64,000 nucleotides of DNA, taken from the NCBI RefSeq assembly GCF_053078305.1, contig NZ_CP166879.1. One strand, 5' to 3'. Made by a program: the position numbers and the translations under genes. Shown piece after piece: positions 47,661-60,956 of this stretch. Under the pieces are notes generated by a model. The model was not told the DNA's origin and did no database searches. It saw only the letters and a list, made by a program, of their open reading frames with translations. Numbering within the stretch: the first letter of the stretch is position 1; each line of letters starts with the position of its first letter.

Positions 47661-50417
47661 TTACCCGAGAATTTTGCTGGCTTCGCGCGCGACATTATCC
47701 ATCTCGTCCAACAGTTCCAGCAGCTCCGGCTCCAAATCTTCTTCTTTAGTACCGCTACGTAGCTGTTGTTCGATCAGTTGGCAGAGATTCTTCATACGCG
47801 GCACACCGCTATAGCCGCAACTGCCATGCAGTTTATGAATCAAATCAACCAGGCCTTCCGGGTTTTCTCCAACCAGCTGTTCCTCAACTTTGTTGCGAAC
47901 TTCAGGCAGGAAATCGAGTAACATTTGCAGCATATCGCGCGCTAAATCGGTTTTTCCTGCTGCCTGGCGTAGTGCCAGTTGCCAGTCGAGGGTCGCATTC
48001 GGGTTCACCACAATTTCGTTGACTTCGGGCGTCACGACGCGAGACGAAATACCGCTGCCAGGCTTGTAGCGCAACAACAAATTATGCAATCGCTCTTCTT
48101 CAATCGGTTTCGCCAGATAATCGCTCATCCCTGCGCCAAGCAGCTTCTCTTTTTGCCCGGCCATTGCATGCGCCGTTACCGCGATAACCGGCGTTTGTTG
48201 CTGATGGGGGAGCTGGTGGATGAGCTCGCAGGCCCGAATGCCATCCATGTCCGGCATTTGAATATCCATTAAGATCAAATCGAACGGCATCTGTTTCGCC
48301 CGTTCAACCGCCTGATGCCCGCTATCGCAAAGTTCCACATGTTGCACCATATCTTCCAGCAATGCGCCGATAAGTTTCAGGTTAGCGGGGTTGTCATCAA
48401 CCGCCATGACTGTCATTGCCAGCTTACTTTCATCGGTTACAGGCAAAAGCGTGTTTTGTTTGTGATGACAAAATTCCGTCAGGGCAGGCAGCAGGCGCGT
48501 AGGTGTTAATGGTTTCAGCAGACACGCGCCGATACCATCTTGCTTGAGTTTTTCAGCATTGACTTGTGCATGGCAAGGAAGTGCCAGCATCAGGAAATCG
48601 GTCATCGATACCGCTTTCGCTAATCGCTCATGTTGCATTGTTAGCGGCTCGCGGAAGGTCACCGCGATGCCTAACAACATCATGTCGTAATGCGCGGGAG
48701 GCAGCGCGGAGAACGTTGGGCTATAAACCACTTCCAGCGGCGTTTCACTTAAAATATCCAGCGTGCATTGCGCTGCTGCGGAGTTTGGTTCGACATAGGC
48801 CAGGCGTTTACCGGCGAGGCACTGGGTGGATGGCCCTTCAATAATAATGTTCGGGTTCAGATCGAGATTAATGTGGAACCAGAAAGTTGAACCGCGATTC
48901 GGCTGGCTATGGAACGAAATATCGCCGCCCATTTCATTAACCAGTTTTTGTGTAATCACCAGCCCCAGCCCGGTGCCACCATGACGGCGGGAAATACTGG
49001 CATCAGCCTGTCGGAAGGCCTGGAATAAGCGCGATTGATCACGTTCAGGAATACCAATGCCGGTATCCCGAATCTGCACTTCAATCTGCACTTTGGTATT
49101 ACTCAGCGCACGTTTTTCTACCAGAATATCAATGTTGCCATTCTCGGTGAATTTAATTGCATTCCCCACCAGGTTAGTGATGATTTGCTGTAATCGCAGT
49201 GGGTCGCCGATCACGTTATCAGGCACGTCGCTTTTAATATTGAGCGTCAGTTCCAACCCTTTATCGTGAGAAGAATGTGCCAGCAGAGTAACGACTTCAT
49301 CCAGCGTGCTGCGTAGTGGGAATGGAATACTTTCCAGAATCAGCTTACCTGCTTCCAGTTTCGAGAAGTCGAGAACATCATTAATAATTGCCAGCAAATT
49401 ATTTGCCGAACGTTCAATCGTATTCAGGTGATCGCGCTGCGTTGGTGTTAATTCTGTTTTCAGCGTCAGGCGGGTAAAGCCAATAACACCATTCAGTGGT
49501 GTACGCAGCTCGTGTGACATATTTGCCAGAAACTCGGATTTAATACGTGCCGCTTCCTGGGCGCGCTTTTTCGCCAGATCCAACTCAACGTTCTGAATTT
49601 CCATCTGCTCCAGCGTTTCACGCAGATCGGACGTCGCCTGGTCGATATTGTGCTGCATCTCTTCGTGATAAGCAGCCAGCGACATTGCCATCGAGTTGAT
49701 ACCGTTTTTCAGCATATCCAGCTCGCCGAGCATAAATCCTTCCACCCGGCTGTCGAGTTGCCCGCGACGGATGCGGTCGACGGTATTCACCATGTTGCGA
49801 ATCGGACCGGTTACATCGCGCATTAAGCGCCAGCCAAAAATAAGCGCAATACCGATACAAAACAGCATCATCACGCTGGAAATAAAGATCTCTTTATATT
49901 GCTGCAAGCGAACCGATTTAAGATCCAGCTCAAGCGCAATATATCCCAACATATTTTGACTATTTTTGGCATCGCTACTGGGCGATTCGTCGGGGGAGTA
50001 ACTCTCAGAAATAATCGGCGTGCGCAGGATCATAATATCGCCGTCACGAGTGACAGTGAGCTGGCGAGGAAACGGCACGTTGCTGCCGAGCTGCATTGAT
50101 GAGGGATCAAGATGAAAATTGGAGGTGACAAAGAGTCGGTTATTTTCATCATAAACCGAAATCGCGCGAACAATATCGGAATGGCGACGATGCAGTACGC
50201 TTATTAACTGACCGATAGATTCGCGATTTTGCAGGCTCATGCCATATTCAGTAGAAACTGCAAGCGGCTCAATAATGCTGGCACCGGCATCTTCCAGTTG
50301 ACGCTGCAAGTCGTTATAGCGATGCACGACGAAAAAGATACTCAGCAATAAACCAATAAGGACGGTCGGTGCCAGGATCAGAATCATCATGCGTGCGCGC
50401 AGGCTGTAGTTGGTCAT
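47661..50417 (-). CDS. barA: Hybrid sensor histidine kinase BarA
   Basis: 918-aa ORF with HAMP, HisKA/HATPase, receiver and HPt regions. Confidence 0.95.
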
Positions 50418-50473
50418 GGAGTTCCGTTATGGGACAATTAAGGTCACACTGTTAAATTGAGAAAGTCTCGCCA

Positions 50474-51775
50474 ATGGCGCAATTCTACTCTGCAAAACGA
50501 CGCACGACGACGCGTCAGATCATAACCGTTTCAGTCAACGACCTCGACTCTTTTGGTCAGGGCGTGGCGCGACATAACGGCAAAACGCTATTTATCCCCG
50601 GATTATTGCCGCAGGAAAACGCGGAAGTTACTGTTACTGAAGATAAAAAACAGTATGCCCGCGCTAAAGTCGTACGCCGGTTAAGCGATAGCCCGGAACG
50701 CGAAACGCCACGCTGTCCTCATTTTGGCGTATGCGGCGGCTGTCAGCAACAACACGCCAGCGTGGATTTACAGCAGCGAAGCAAAAGTGCGGCACTCGCC
50801 CGATTAATGAAACACGAAGTCTCTGAAGTGATCGCCGATGTTCCCTGGGGCTATCGCCGTCGCGCGCGTTTAAGTCTGAACTACTTACCGAAAACACAGC
50901 AACTTCAGATGGGGTTTCGCAAAGCGGGCTCCAGTGACATTGTCGACGTTAAACAATGCCCCATTTTAGTGCCCCAACTTGAAGCATTGCTGCCCAAAGT
51001 CAGGGCATGCCTGGGCAGCTTACAAGCTATGCGCCATCTTGGTCATGTTGAACTGGTACAGGCAACCAGCGGCACGCTGATGATTTTGCGCCATACCGCA
51101 CCGCTAAGTTCGGCAGATCGCGAAAAACTGGAACGCTTTTCGCATTCTGAAGGCCTGGATCTGTATCTCGCCCCCGATAGTGAGATACTCGAAACCGTCT
51201 CTGGTGAGATGCCCTGGTATGACTCAAATGGGTTGCGCTTAACTTTTAGCCCGCGCGATTTTATTCAGGTCAATGCGGGTGTGAACCAAAAAATGGTAGC
51301 GCGTGCGTTGGAATGGCTGGATGTGCAACCTGAAGATCGCGTACTGGATCTGTTCTGCGGTATGGGCAACTTTACACTGCCATTGGCGACACAAGCTGCC
51401 AGTGTGGTCGGTGTAGAAGGTGTTCCGGCGCTGGTGGAAAAAGGCCAGCAGAATGCGCGTCTTAATGGCTTACAGAATGTGACGTTTTATCACGAAAATC
51501 TTGAAGAAGATGTCACAAAGCAGCCGTGGGCGAAAAACGGCTTCGATAAAGTGTTGCTGGACCCTGCGCGAGCAGGTGCCGCAGGTGTTATGCAGCAAAT
51601 TATAAAACTGGAACCTATTCGTATAGTTTATGTATCCTGTAACCCTGCAACGCTGGCTCGGGATAGCGAAGCGTTATTAAAAGCAGGATATACCATTGCG
51701 CGACTGGCGATGCTGGATATGTTCCCACACACGGGACATCTGGAATCGATGGTACTTTTCTCGCGCGTTAAATAG
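50474..51775 (+). CDS. rlmD: 23S rRNA (uracil1939-C5)-methyltransferase
   Basis: 433-aa ORF, recognised as RumA/RlmD. Confidence 0.9.
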   Translation: MAQFYSAKRRTTTRQIITVSVNDLDSFGQGVARHNGKTLFIPGLLPQENAEVTVTEDKKQYARAKVVRRLSDSPERETPRCPHFGVCGGCQQQHASVDLQQRSKSAALARLMKHEVSEVIADVPWGYRRRARLSLNYLPKTQQLQMGFRKAGSSDIVDVKQCPILVPQLEALLPKVRACLGSLQAMRHLGHVELVQATSGTLMILRHTAPLSSADREKLERFSHSEGLDLYLAPDSEILETVSGEMPWYDSNGLRLTFSPRDFIQVNAGVNQKMVARALEWLDVQPEDRVLDLFCGMGNFTLPLATQAASVVGVEGVPALVEKGQQNARLNGLQNVTFYHENLEEDVTKQPWAKNGFDKVLLDPARAGAAGVMQQIIKLEPIRIVYVSCNPATLARDSEALLKAGYTIARLAMLDMFPHTGHLESMVLFSRVK

Positions 51776-51822
51776 TTGCGATTTGCCGATTTCGGCAGGT
51801 CTGGTCCCTAAAGGAGAGGACG

Positions 51823-54057
51823 ATGGTTGCGGTAAGAAGTGCACATATCAATAAGGCTGGTGAATTTGATCCGGAAAAATGGATCGCAAGTCTGGGTATT
51901 ACCAGCCAGAAGTCGTGTGAGTGCTTAGCCGAAACCTGGGCGTATTGTCTGCAACAGACGCAGGGGCATCCGGATGCCAGTCTGTTATTGTGGCGTGGTG
52001 TTGAGATGGTGGAGATCCTCTCGACATTAAGTATGGACATTGACACGCTGCGGGCGGCGCTGCTTTTCCCTCTGGCGGATGCCAACGTAGTCAGCGAAGA
52101 TGTGCTGCGTGAGAGCGTCGGTAAGTCGGTCGTTAACCTTATTCACGGCGTGCGTGATATGGCGGCGATCCGCCAGCTGAAAGCGACGCACACTGATTCT
52201 GTTTCCTCCGAACAGGTCGATAACGTTCGCCGGATGTTATTGGCGATGGTCGATGATTTTCGCTGCGTGGTCATCAAACTGGCGGAGCGTATTGCTCATC
52301 TGCGTGAAGTAAAAGATGCGCCGGAAGATGAACGCGTACTGGCGGCAAAAGAGTGCACCAATATCTACGCGCCGTTGGCAAACCGTCTTGGGATTGGGCA
52401 ACTGAAATGGGAGCTGGAAGATTACTGCTTCCGTTATCTCCACCCGACCGAATACAAACGCATCGCAAAACTGTTGCATGAACGCCGTCTCGACCGCGAA
52501 CACTATATCGAAGAGTTTGTCGGTCATCTGCGCGCTGAGATGAAAGCTGAAGGCGTTAAAGCTGAAGTGTATGGTCGTCCGAAACACATCTACAGCATCT
52601 GGCGCAAAATGCAGAAAAAGAACCTCGCCTTCGATGAGCTGTTTGATGTGCGTGCGGTACGTATTGTCGCCGAGCGTTTACAGGATTGTTATGCCGCACT
52701 GGGGATAGTGCACACTCACTATCGCCACCTGCCGGATGAGTTTGACGATTACGTCGCTAACCCGAAACCAAACGGTTATCAGTCTATTCATACCGTGGTT
52801 CTGGGGCCGGGTGGAAAAACCGTTGAGATCCAAATCCGCACCAAACAGATGCATGAAGATGCAGAGTTGGGTGTTGCTGCGCACTGGAAATATAAAGAGG
52901 GCGCGGCTGCTGGCGGCGCACGTTCGGGACATGAAGACCGGATTGCCTGGCTGCGCAAACTGATTGCGTGGCAGGAAGAGATGGCTGATTCCGGCGAAAT
53001 GCTCGACGAAGTACGCAGCCAGGTGTTTGACGACCGGGTGTATGTCTTTACGCCGAAAGGTGATGTCGTTGATTTACCTGCGGGATCAACGCCGCTGGAC
53101 TTCGCTTACCACATCCACAGTGATGTCGGACACCGCTGTATCGGGGCAAAAATTGGCGGGCGCATTGTGCCGTTCACCTACCAGCTGCAAATGGGCGACC
53201 AGATTGAAATTATCACCCAGAAACAGCCGAACCCCAGCCGTGACTGGTTAAACCCAAACCTCGGTTACGTCACAACCAGCCGTGGGCGTTCGAAAATTCA
53301 CGCCTGGTTCCGTAAACAGGACCGTGACAAAAACATTCTGGCTGGGCGGCAAATCCTTGACGACGAGCTGGAACATCTGGGGATCAGCCTGAAAGAAGCA
53401 GAAAAACATCTGCTGCCGCGTTACAACTTCAATGATGTCGACGAGTTGCTGGCGGCGATTGGTGGAGGGGATATCCGTCTCAATCAGATGGTGAACTTCC
53501 TGCAATCGCAATTTAATAAGCCGAGTGCCGAAGAGCAGGACGCCGCCGCGCTGAAGCAACTTCAGCAAAAAAGCTACACGCCGCAAAACCGCAGTAAAGA
53601 TAACGGTCGTGTGGTGGTTGAAGGTGTCGGTAACCTGATGCACCACATCGCGCGCTGCTGCCAGCCGATTCCTGGAGATGAGATTGTCGGCTTCATTACC
53701 CAGGGACGCGGTATTTCAGTACACCGCGCCGATTGCGAACAACTGGCGGAACTGCGCTCCCATGCGCCAGAACGCATTGTTGACGCGGTATGGGGCGAGA
53801 GCTACTCCGCCGGATATTCGCTGGTGGTCCGCGTGGTGGCTAATGATCGTAGTGGGTTGTTACGTGATATCACGACCATTCTCGCCAACGAAAAGGTGAA
53901 CGTACTTGGCGTTGCCAGCCGTAGCGACACCAAACAGCAACTGGCGACCATCGACATGACCATTGAGATTTACAACCTGCAGGTGCTGGGTCGCGTGCTG
54001 GGTAAACTCAACCAGGTGCCGGATGTTATCGACGCGCGTCGGTTGCACGGGAGTTAG
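51823..54057 (+). CDS. relA: GTP pyrophosphokinase ((p)ppGpp synthetase I)
   Basis: 744-aa ORF recognised as RelA. Confidence 0.95.
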   Translation: MVAVRSAHINKAGEFDPEKWIASLGITSQKSCECLAETWAYCLQQTQGHPDASLLLWRGVEMVEILSTLSMDIDTLRAALLFPLADANVVSEDVLRESVGKSVVNLIHGVRDMAAIRQLKATHTDSVSSEQVDNVRRMLLAMVDDFRCVVIKLAERIAHLREVKDAPEDERVLAAKECTNIYAPLANRLGIGQLKWELEDYCFRYLHPTEYKRIAKLLHERRLDREHYIEEFVGHLRAEMKAEGVKAEVYGRPKHIYSIWRKMQKKNLAFDELFDVRAVRIVAERLQDCYAALGIVHTHYRHLPDEFDDYVANPKPNGYQSIHTVVLGPGGKTVEIQIRTKQMHEDAELGVAAHWKYKEGAAAGGARSGHEDRIAWLRKLIAWQEEMADSGEMLDEVRSQVFDDRVYVFTPKGDVVDLPAGSTPLDFAYHIHSDVGHRCIGAKIGGRIVPFTYQLQMGDQIEIITQKQPNPSRDWLNPNLGYVTTSRGRSKIHAWFRKQDRDKNILAGRQILDDELEHLGISLKEAEKHLLPRYNFNDVDELLAAIGGGDIRLNQMVNFLQSQFNKPSAEEQDAAALKQLQQKSYTPQNRSKDNGRVVVEGVGNLMHHIARCCQPIPGDEIVGFITQGRGISVHRADCEQLAELRSHAPERIVDAVWGESYSAGYSLVVRVVANDRSGLLRDITTILANEKVNVLGVASRSDTKQQLATIDMTIEIYNLQVLGRVLGKLNQVPDVIDARRLHGS

Positions 54058-54073
54058 GCAGAAATTTGCTCGT

Positions 54074-54108
54074 ATCTACAATGTAGATTGATATATACTG
54101 TATCTACA
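54074..54108 (+). promoter_or_regulatory. mazEF promoter region with alternating palindrome
   Basis: ATCTACAATGTAGATTGATATATACTGTATCTACA: overlapping palindromic arms ATCTACA/TGTAGAT just upstream of mazE. Confidence 0.7.
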
Positions 54109-54134
54109 TATGATAGCGGTTTGAGGAAAGGGTT

Positions 54135-54383
54135 ATGATCCACAGTAGCGTAAAGCGTTGGGGAAATTCACCGGCGGTGCGGATCCCGGCTACGTTAATG
54201 CAGGCGCTCAATCTGAATATTGATGATGAAGTGAAGATTGACCTGGTGGATGGCAAATTAATTATTGAGCCAGTGCGTAAAGAGCCCGTATTTACGCTTG
54301 CTGAACTGGTCAACGACATCACGCCGGAAAACCTCCACGAGAATATCGACTGGGGAGAGCCGAAAGATAAGGAAGTCTGGTAA
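54135..54383 (+). CDS. mazE: Antitoxin MazE
   Basis: 82-aa [30 protein letters not shown]…. Confidence 0.95.
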
Positions 54384-54718
54384 TGGTAAGCCGATACGTA
54401 CCCGATATGGGCGATCTGATTTGGGTTGATTTTGACCCGACAAAAGGTAGCGAGCAAGCCGGACATCGTCCGGCTGTTGTCCTGAGTCCGTTCATGTACA
54501 ACAACAAAACAGGTATGTGTCTGTGTGTTCCTTGTACAACGCAATCAAAAGGATATCCGTTCGAAGTTGTTTTATCCGGTCAGGAACGTGATGGCGTAGC
54601 GTTAGCTGATCAGGTAAAAAGTATCGCCTGGCGGGCAAGAGGAGCAACGAAGAAAGGAACGGTTGCCCCAGAGGAATTACAACTCATTAAAGCCAAAATT
54701 AACGTACTGATTGGGTAG
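54383..54718 (+). CDS. mazF: Toxin MazF (ACA-specific endoribonuclease)
   Basis: 111-aa ORF overlapping the mazE stop, [53 protein letters not shown]…. Confidence 0.95.
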   Translation: MVSRYVPDMGDLIWVDFDPTKGSEQAGHRPAVVLSPFMYNNKTGMCLCVPCTTQSKGYPFEVVLSGQERDGVALADQVKSIAWRARGATKKGTVAPEELQLIKAKINVLIG

Positions 54719-54789
54719 GTGTTACTAACTCACTTCTATTCTGGTCACAGGTTTCCACCTGACAGACCCGCAATTTTCAGGACATTCTA

Positions 54790-55581
54790 ATGAATCAAAT
54801 CGACCGTTTGCTCACTATTATGCAGCGCCTGCGCGACCCGGAAAACGGCTGCCCGTGGGATAAAGAGCAGACATTTTCTTCTATTGCGCCTTACACCCTT
54901 GAAGAAACCTACGAGGTGCTGGACGCTATTGCCCGCGAAGACTTTGACGATCTGCGCGGTGAACTCGGCGATCTGCTGTTCCAGGTGGTGTTTTACGCAC
55001 AAATGGCTCAGGAAGAAGGGCGCTTTGACTTTAATGATATTTGCGCTGCGATTAGCGATAAATTAGAGCGTCGCCATCCGCATGTTTTTGCTGACAGTTC
55101 TGCCGAAAACAGTAGTGAAGTGCTTGCCCGTTGGGAGCAAATCAAAACCGAAGAGCGCGCGCAGAAAGCGCAGCATTCGGCGCTGGACGATATTCCTCGT
55201 AGTTTACCGGCTTTAATGCGTGCGCAAAAAATCCAGAAACGTTGCGCCAACGTTGGCTTCGATTGGACGACGCTTGGTCCGGTAGTCGATAAAGTCTACG
55301 AAGAGATCGACGAGGTGATGTACGAGGCACGGCAGGCTGTTATCGACCAGGCTAAACTGGAGGAGGAAATGGGTGACCTGCTGTTTGCCACGGTCAATCT
55401 GGCTCGTCATTTAGGGACAAAAGCGGAAATCGCATTGCAAAAAGCGAACGAAAAATTCGAGCGTCGTTTTCGCGAAGTGGAGCGTATTGTTGCCGCGCGT
55501 GGATTGGAAATGACAGGTGTTGACCTCGAAACAATGGAAGAAGTCTGGCAACAGGTAAAACGGCAGGAAATTGATCTCTAA
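54790..55581 (+). CDS. mazG: Nucleoside triphosphate pyrophosphohydrolase MazG
   Basis: 263-aa ORF downstream of mazF. Confidence 0.9.
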   Translation: MNQIDRLLTIMQRLRDPENGCPWDKEQTFSSIAPYTLEETYEVLDAIAREDFDDLRGELGDLLFQVVFYAQMAQEEGRFDFNDICAAISDKLERRHPHVFADSSAENSSEVLARWEQIKTEERAQKAQHSALDDIPRSLPALMRAQKIQKRCANVGFDWTTLGPVVDKVYEEIDEVMYEARQAVIDQAKLEEEMGDLLFATVNLARHLGTKAEIALQKANEKFERRFREVERIVAARGLEMTGVDLETMEEVWQQVKRQEIDL

Positions 55582-55594
55582 GGGAATTACGCGG

Positions 55595-55635
55595 TCAAGC
55601 GCCATTTGTGTCATTTTTTAAATGACAAGCGCTTG
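55595..55635 (+). terminator. Imperfect long hairpin downstream of mazG (possible operon terminator)
   Basis: TCAAGCGC…TGTCATTTTTTAAATGACA…AGCGCTTGA nested inverted repeats; no clean T-run. Confidence 0.35.
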
Positions 55636-55793
55636 ATTTGCGTCAAAAACATTTACCCCAAAGGGGCTATTTTCTCACTCCTGATTTCAATAGTGCGCTG
55701 GCGAAGAGGAGGGATAATGAAAGTTTGTGGCACAGGTCATGTTCGGGTATACTGCTTTCCCGTCCTGGTTATTCCATCGTCTTTTCAACCTAA

Positions 55794-57446
<1,653 letters not shown>

Positions 57447-57518
57447 GTAAAAAAGTTAGAACGGCAACGCGTACCCAGGGTACGCGTTGTTTGTCTGGAG
57501 TTTCAGTTTAACTAGTGA

Positions 57519-58832
<1,314 letters not shown>

Positions 58833-58857
58833 GTCTGACTTTATCTGATTTAAAAAT

Positions 58858-58883
58858 GCCAGCCTTCGGGCTGGCGTTTTTTA
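58858..58883. terminator. Bidirectional terminator between eno (+) and the convergent TPM gene (-)
   Basis: GCCAGCC-TTCG-GGCTGGC followed by GTTTTTT and preceded by an A-run. Confidence 0.8.
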
Positions 58884-58891
58884 TGGTTGAG

Positions 58892-59785
58892 TTACCAGCG
58901 ACCGGACGCGCCGCCACCGCCAGAAGAACCGCCCCCGCCGCTAAATCCGCCGCCACTTGAGCCTCCACCGGAAGAGGATGAAGAAGAACTTTTTCTTGAA
59001 GCTCTTTCTTTACTGAGTTTTTTGTATTTGGCGCGTAGCTTTTTATTGACGATAAGCCAAAAAATAACCAGTGGTACGCTCGCAAAAGGCGTTAACATAC
59101 CGCAGGCAACGATTAAATTGGTCCATGGTCCTGGCTCGGCAACATAGAGGAATACCATCCCGTAAATGGCGCCAGTGAGAGTGATCCAGGGTAAATTCGA
59201 CGGATCGGTAAAAACAATAAAATATGAAAGTACCGCCAGCAATATAATTACAGCAAGCGATAATGGAATAGGGGGATTGATACTGTAATAATCCCCCTTG
59301 TCTTCCGATAATTCACCATTCAACAGAAGCGCGCCGATATTTTCGCTTGCCAGTGTTAATCCACCCATCAGGTCATCACTTTTGAAGGCAGGGATCAATA
59401 TATCCCTGATAATCTTCGCCGCTTGCAGGTCGGTAACCACCCCTTCCAGCCCGTAGCCAACCTCAATACGAACAGCATGATCCTCCCAGGCAACCAGAAG
59501 TAAAATACCATCGTTTCTCTGCTTATCTCCCAGTTTCCAGCTATCAAAAACGCGTGTTGCATATTGTTCAATGGAATCGTCTCCGGTGGACGGCACTACT
59601 AATACAGCGACCTGCGCCCGTGTTTTATGTGTAATATCCTGCAGTTGCTGTGTCAGTGATTGTTGTTCAGAAGTGCTTAACGTACCAGTAATATCGGTCA
59701 CCTGTTGGCGCAGCTCCGGCACAGCAATTTGCTGGGCAAGCCCAGGAAGGCACCACAAAGTGAATAGAATAAAGATTAAGCGCAT
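58892..59785 (-). CDS. TPM-domain membrane protein (YgcG-like), eno-proximal paralogue
   Basis: Signal peptide MRLIFILFTLWCLPGLAQQ, then TPM-like region (…ITGTLSTSEQQSLTQQLQ…AQVAVLVVPSTG…), hydrophobic segments, and C-terminal Gly/Ser tail ending SGRW; ATG at 59785 preferred over the TTG at 59797. Confidence 0.8.
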   Translation of the reverse strand: MRLIFILFTLWCLPGLAQQIAVPELRQQVTDITGTLSTSEQQSLTQQLQDITHKTRAQVAVLVVPSTGDDSIEQYATRVFDSWKLGDKQRNDGILLLVAWEDHAVRIEVGYGLEGVVTDLQAAKIIRDILIPAFKSDDLMGGLTLASENIGALLLNGELSEDKGDYYSINPPIPLSLAVIILLAVLSYFIVFTDPSNLPWITLTGAIYGMVFLYVAEPGPWTNLIVACGMLTPFASVPLVIFWLIVNKKLRAKYKKLSKERASRKSSSSSSSGGGSSGGGFSGGGGSSGGGGASGRW

Positions 59786-59790
59786 TACGA

Positions 59791-60939
59791 TCACCAACGG
59801 CCGGATGAACCGCCGCCTCCTGAAGAACCGCCACCACCGCGGAAAGAATTTCTCGACGAAGAGCGAGAATGAGCATTACGATTCCCCGTTTTCCTGTTGC
59901 TTTTTTCTCCTGACCCCAGCTTAAGATTGCCAGTAAATTTGGCCACAATGATCAGCAGAACGATGCCAGCAATGGTTATTGGGCCGATAAAATGATCAAT
60001 TAACCCAATAATTGTTGAGATGAATGCAATATCTTTATTACTGGCGAACACCAGGCACCATCCCACAATAATTATCAGCATCACGACAAACAATGAATTT
60101 CGTCCTGATTCACGAACCTGCGGAGTCTTCTTTTGTTTTTTCACTTTAGCGTTTTTATTTTTTGGGGCCAGCATCATAGGAAATACGCGGCACAAATTAA
60201 AAACTACCGCGAGACGCTGCTTGCAGGTTGTTGCTAACAATAAACTAAAACAAACGACCGATACCCGCCGAATGATGACATCGTCCTGAAAGGAGAAAAA
60301 CCAGACCATAGGGGTAATCATCGATATCATCCATATGCCACGCCGTGGGCGGCTGGCAAATCGCCAGAGGACAACGATGGCAACGATCATCAGCAGTGTC
60401 CAGGCAAGACATGGCAGCGAACGTTGCGGATTAGCAAACAGATGATTGGCTAAAGCATCCAAAGGGCTAAGGTTCGCTTTGATATGGGTAAACTGTGCGA
60501 TGCTTTCAATTCCGCCCGTTAATCCAGCAAAGAGATTGTTTTTTTCGAATTCTGGCTGCATATGGTAACGAACAATTTGCGCAGCTTGTTCCGGCGGCAA
60601 CATCTCTTCCAGTCCATGTCCAATCTTCATTGACGCCAGCCCTTCCGGCCATACGACGAGAATTAAGATACCTTCGCCATATCGCTTCTCTCCAACGGGT
60701 TTCCAGTGATATACCCCGTATCTCTGCGAGGCTGCAAGTTTAATGTTTTTGCCCCCTGTGGTCGGCGTAACCAACACGGCCACCTGGAAGTGGTTTTGCT
60801 GCTCGAGAGTCTGTAATTGTTGAGTTAAAGCAGTTTGTTCTTCTGTCGTTAATGTCCCGGTTAAGTCATTCACTGAAGGCAATCGTTCAGCGAATACCTG
60901 AAAACTGCATAGCATCAGAAGTAAGAGAAAAATACGCAT
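59791..60939 (-). CDS. TPM-domain membrane protein, divergent and longer middle paralogue
   Basis: Signal peptide, TPM-like N-terminal region (SVNDLTGTLTTEEQTALTQQLQ…), several hydrophobic helices, a Lys-rich segment (KNKNAKVKKQKK) and a Gly/Ser tail ending SGRW. Confidence 0.75.
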   Translation of the reverse strand: MRIFLLLLMLCSFQVFAERLPSVNDLTGTLTTEEQTALTQQLQTLEQQNHFQVAVLVTPTTGGKNIKLAASQRYGVYHWKPVGEKRYGEGILILVVWPEGLASMKIGHGLEEMLPPEQAAQIVRYHMQPEFEKNNLFAGLTGGIESIAQFTHIKANLSPLDALANHLFANPQRSLPCLAWTLLMIVAIVVLWRFASRPRRGIWMISMITPMVWFFSFQDDVIIRRVSVVCFSLLLATTCKQRLAVVFNLCRVFPMMLAPKNKNAKVKKQKKTPQVRESGRNSLFVVMLIIIVGWCLVFASNKDIAFISTIIGLIDHFIGPITIAGIVLLIIVAKFTGNLKLGSGEKSNRKTGNRNAHSRSSSRNSFRGGGGSSGGGGSSGRW

Positions 60940-60956
60940 ATCAATTCCTTTTGTTA

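Noticed and set aside
58887-59147. Proline-rich ORF (…PPPPEEPPPPLNPPPLEPPPEE…) on the + strand
   Set aside because: It is the reverse-strand reading of the Gly/Ser tail of the eno-proximal TPM gene; an artefact of the GC-rich repeat.
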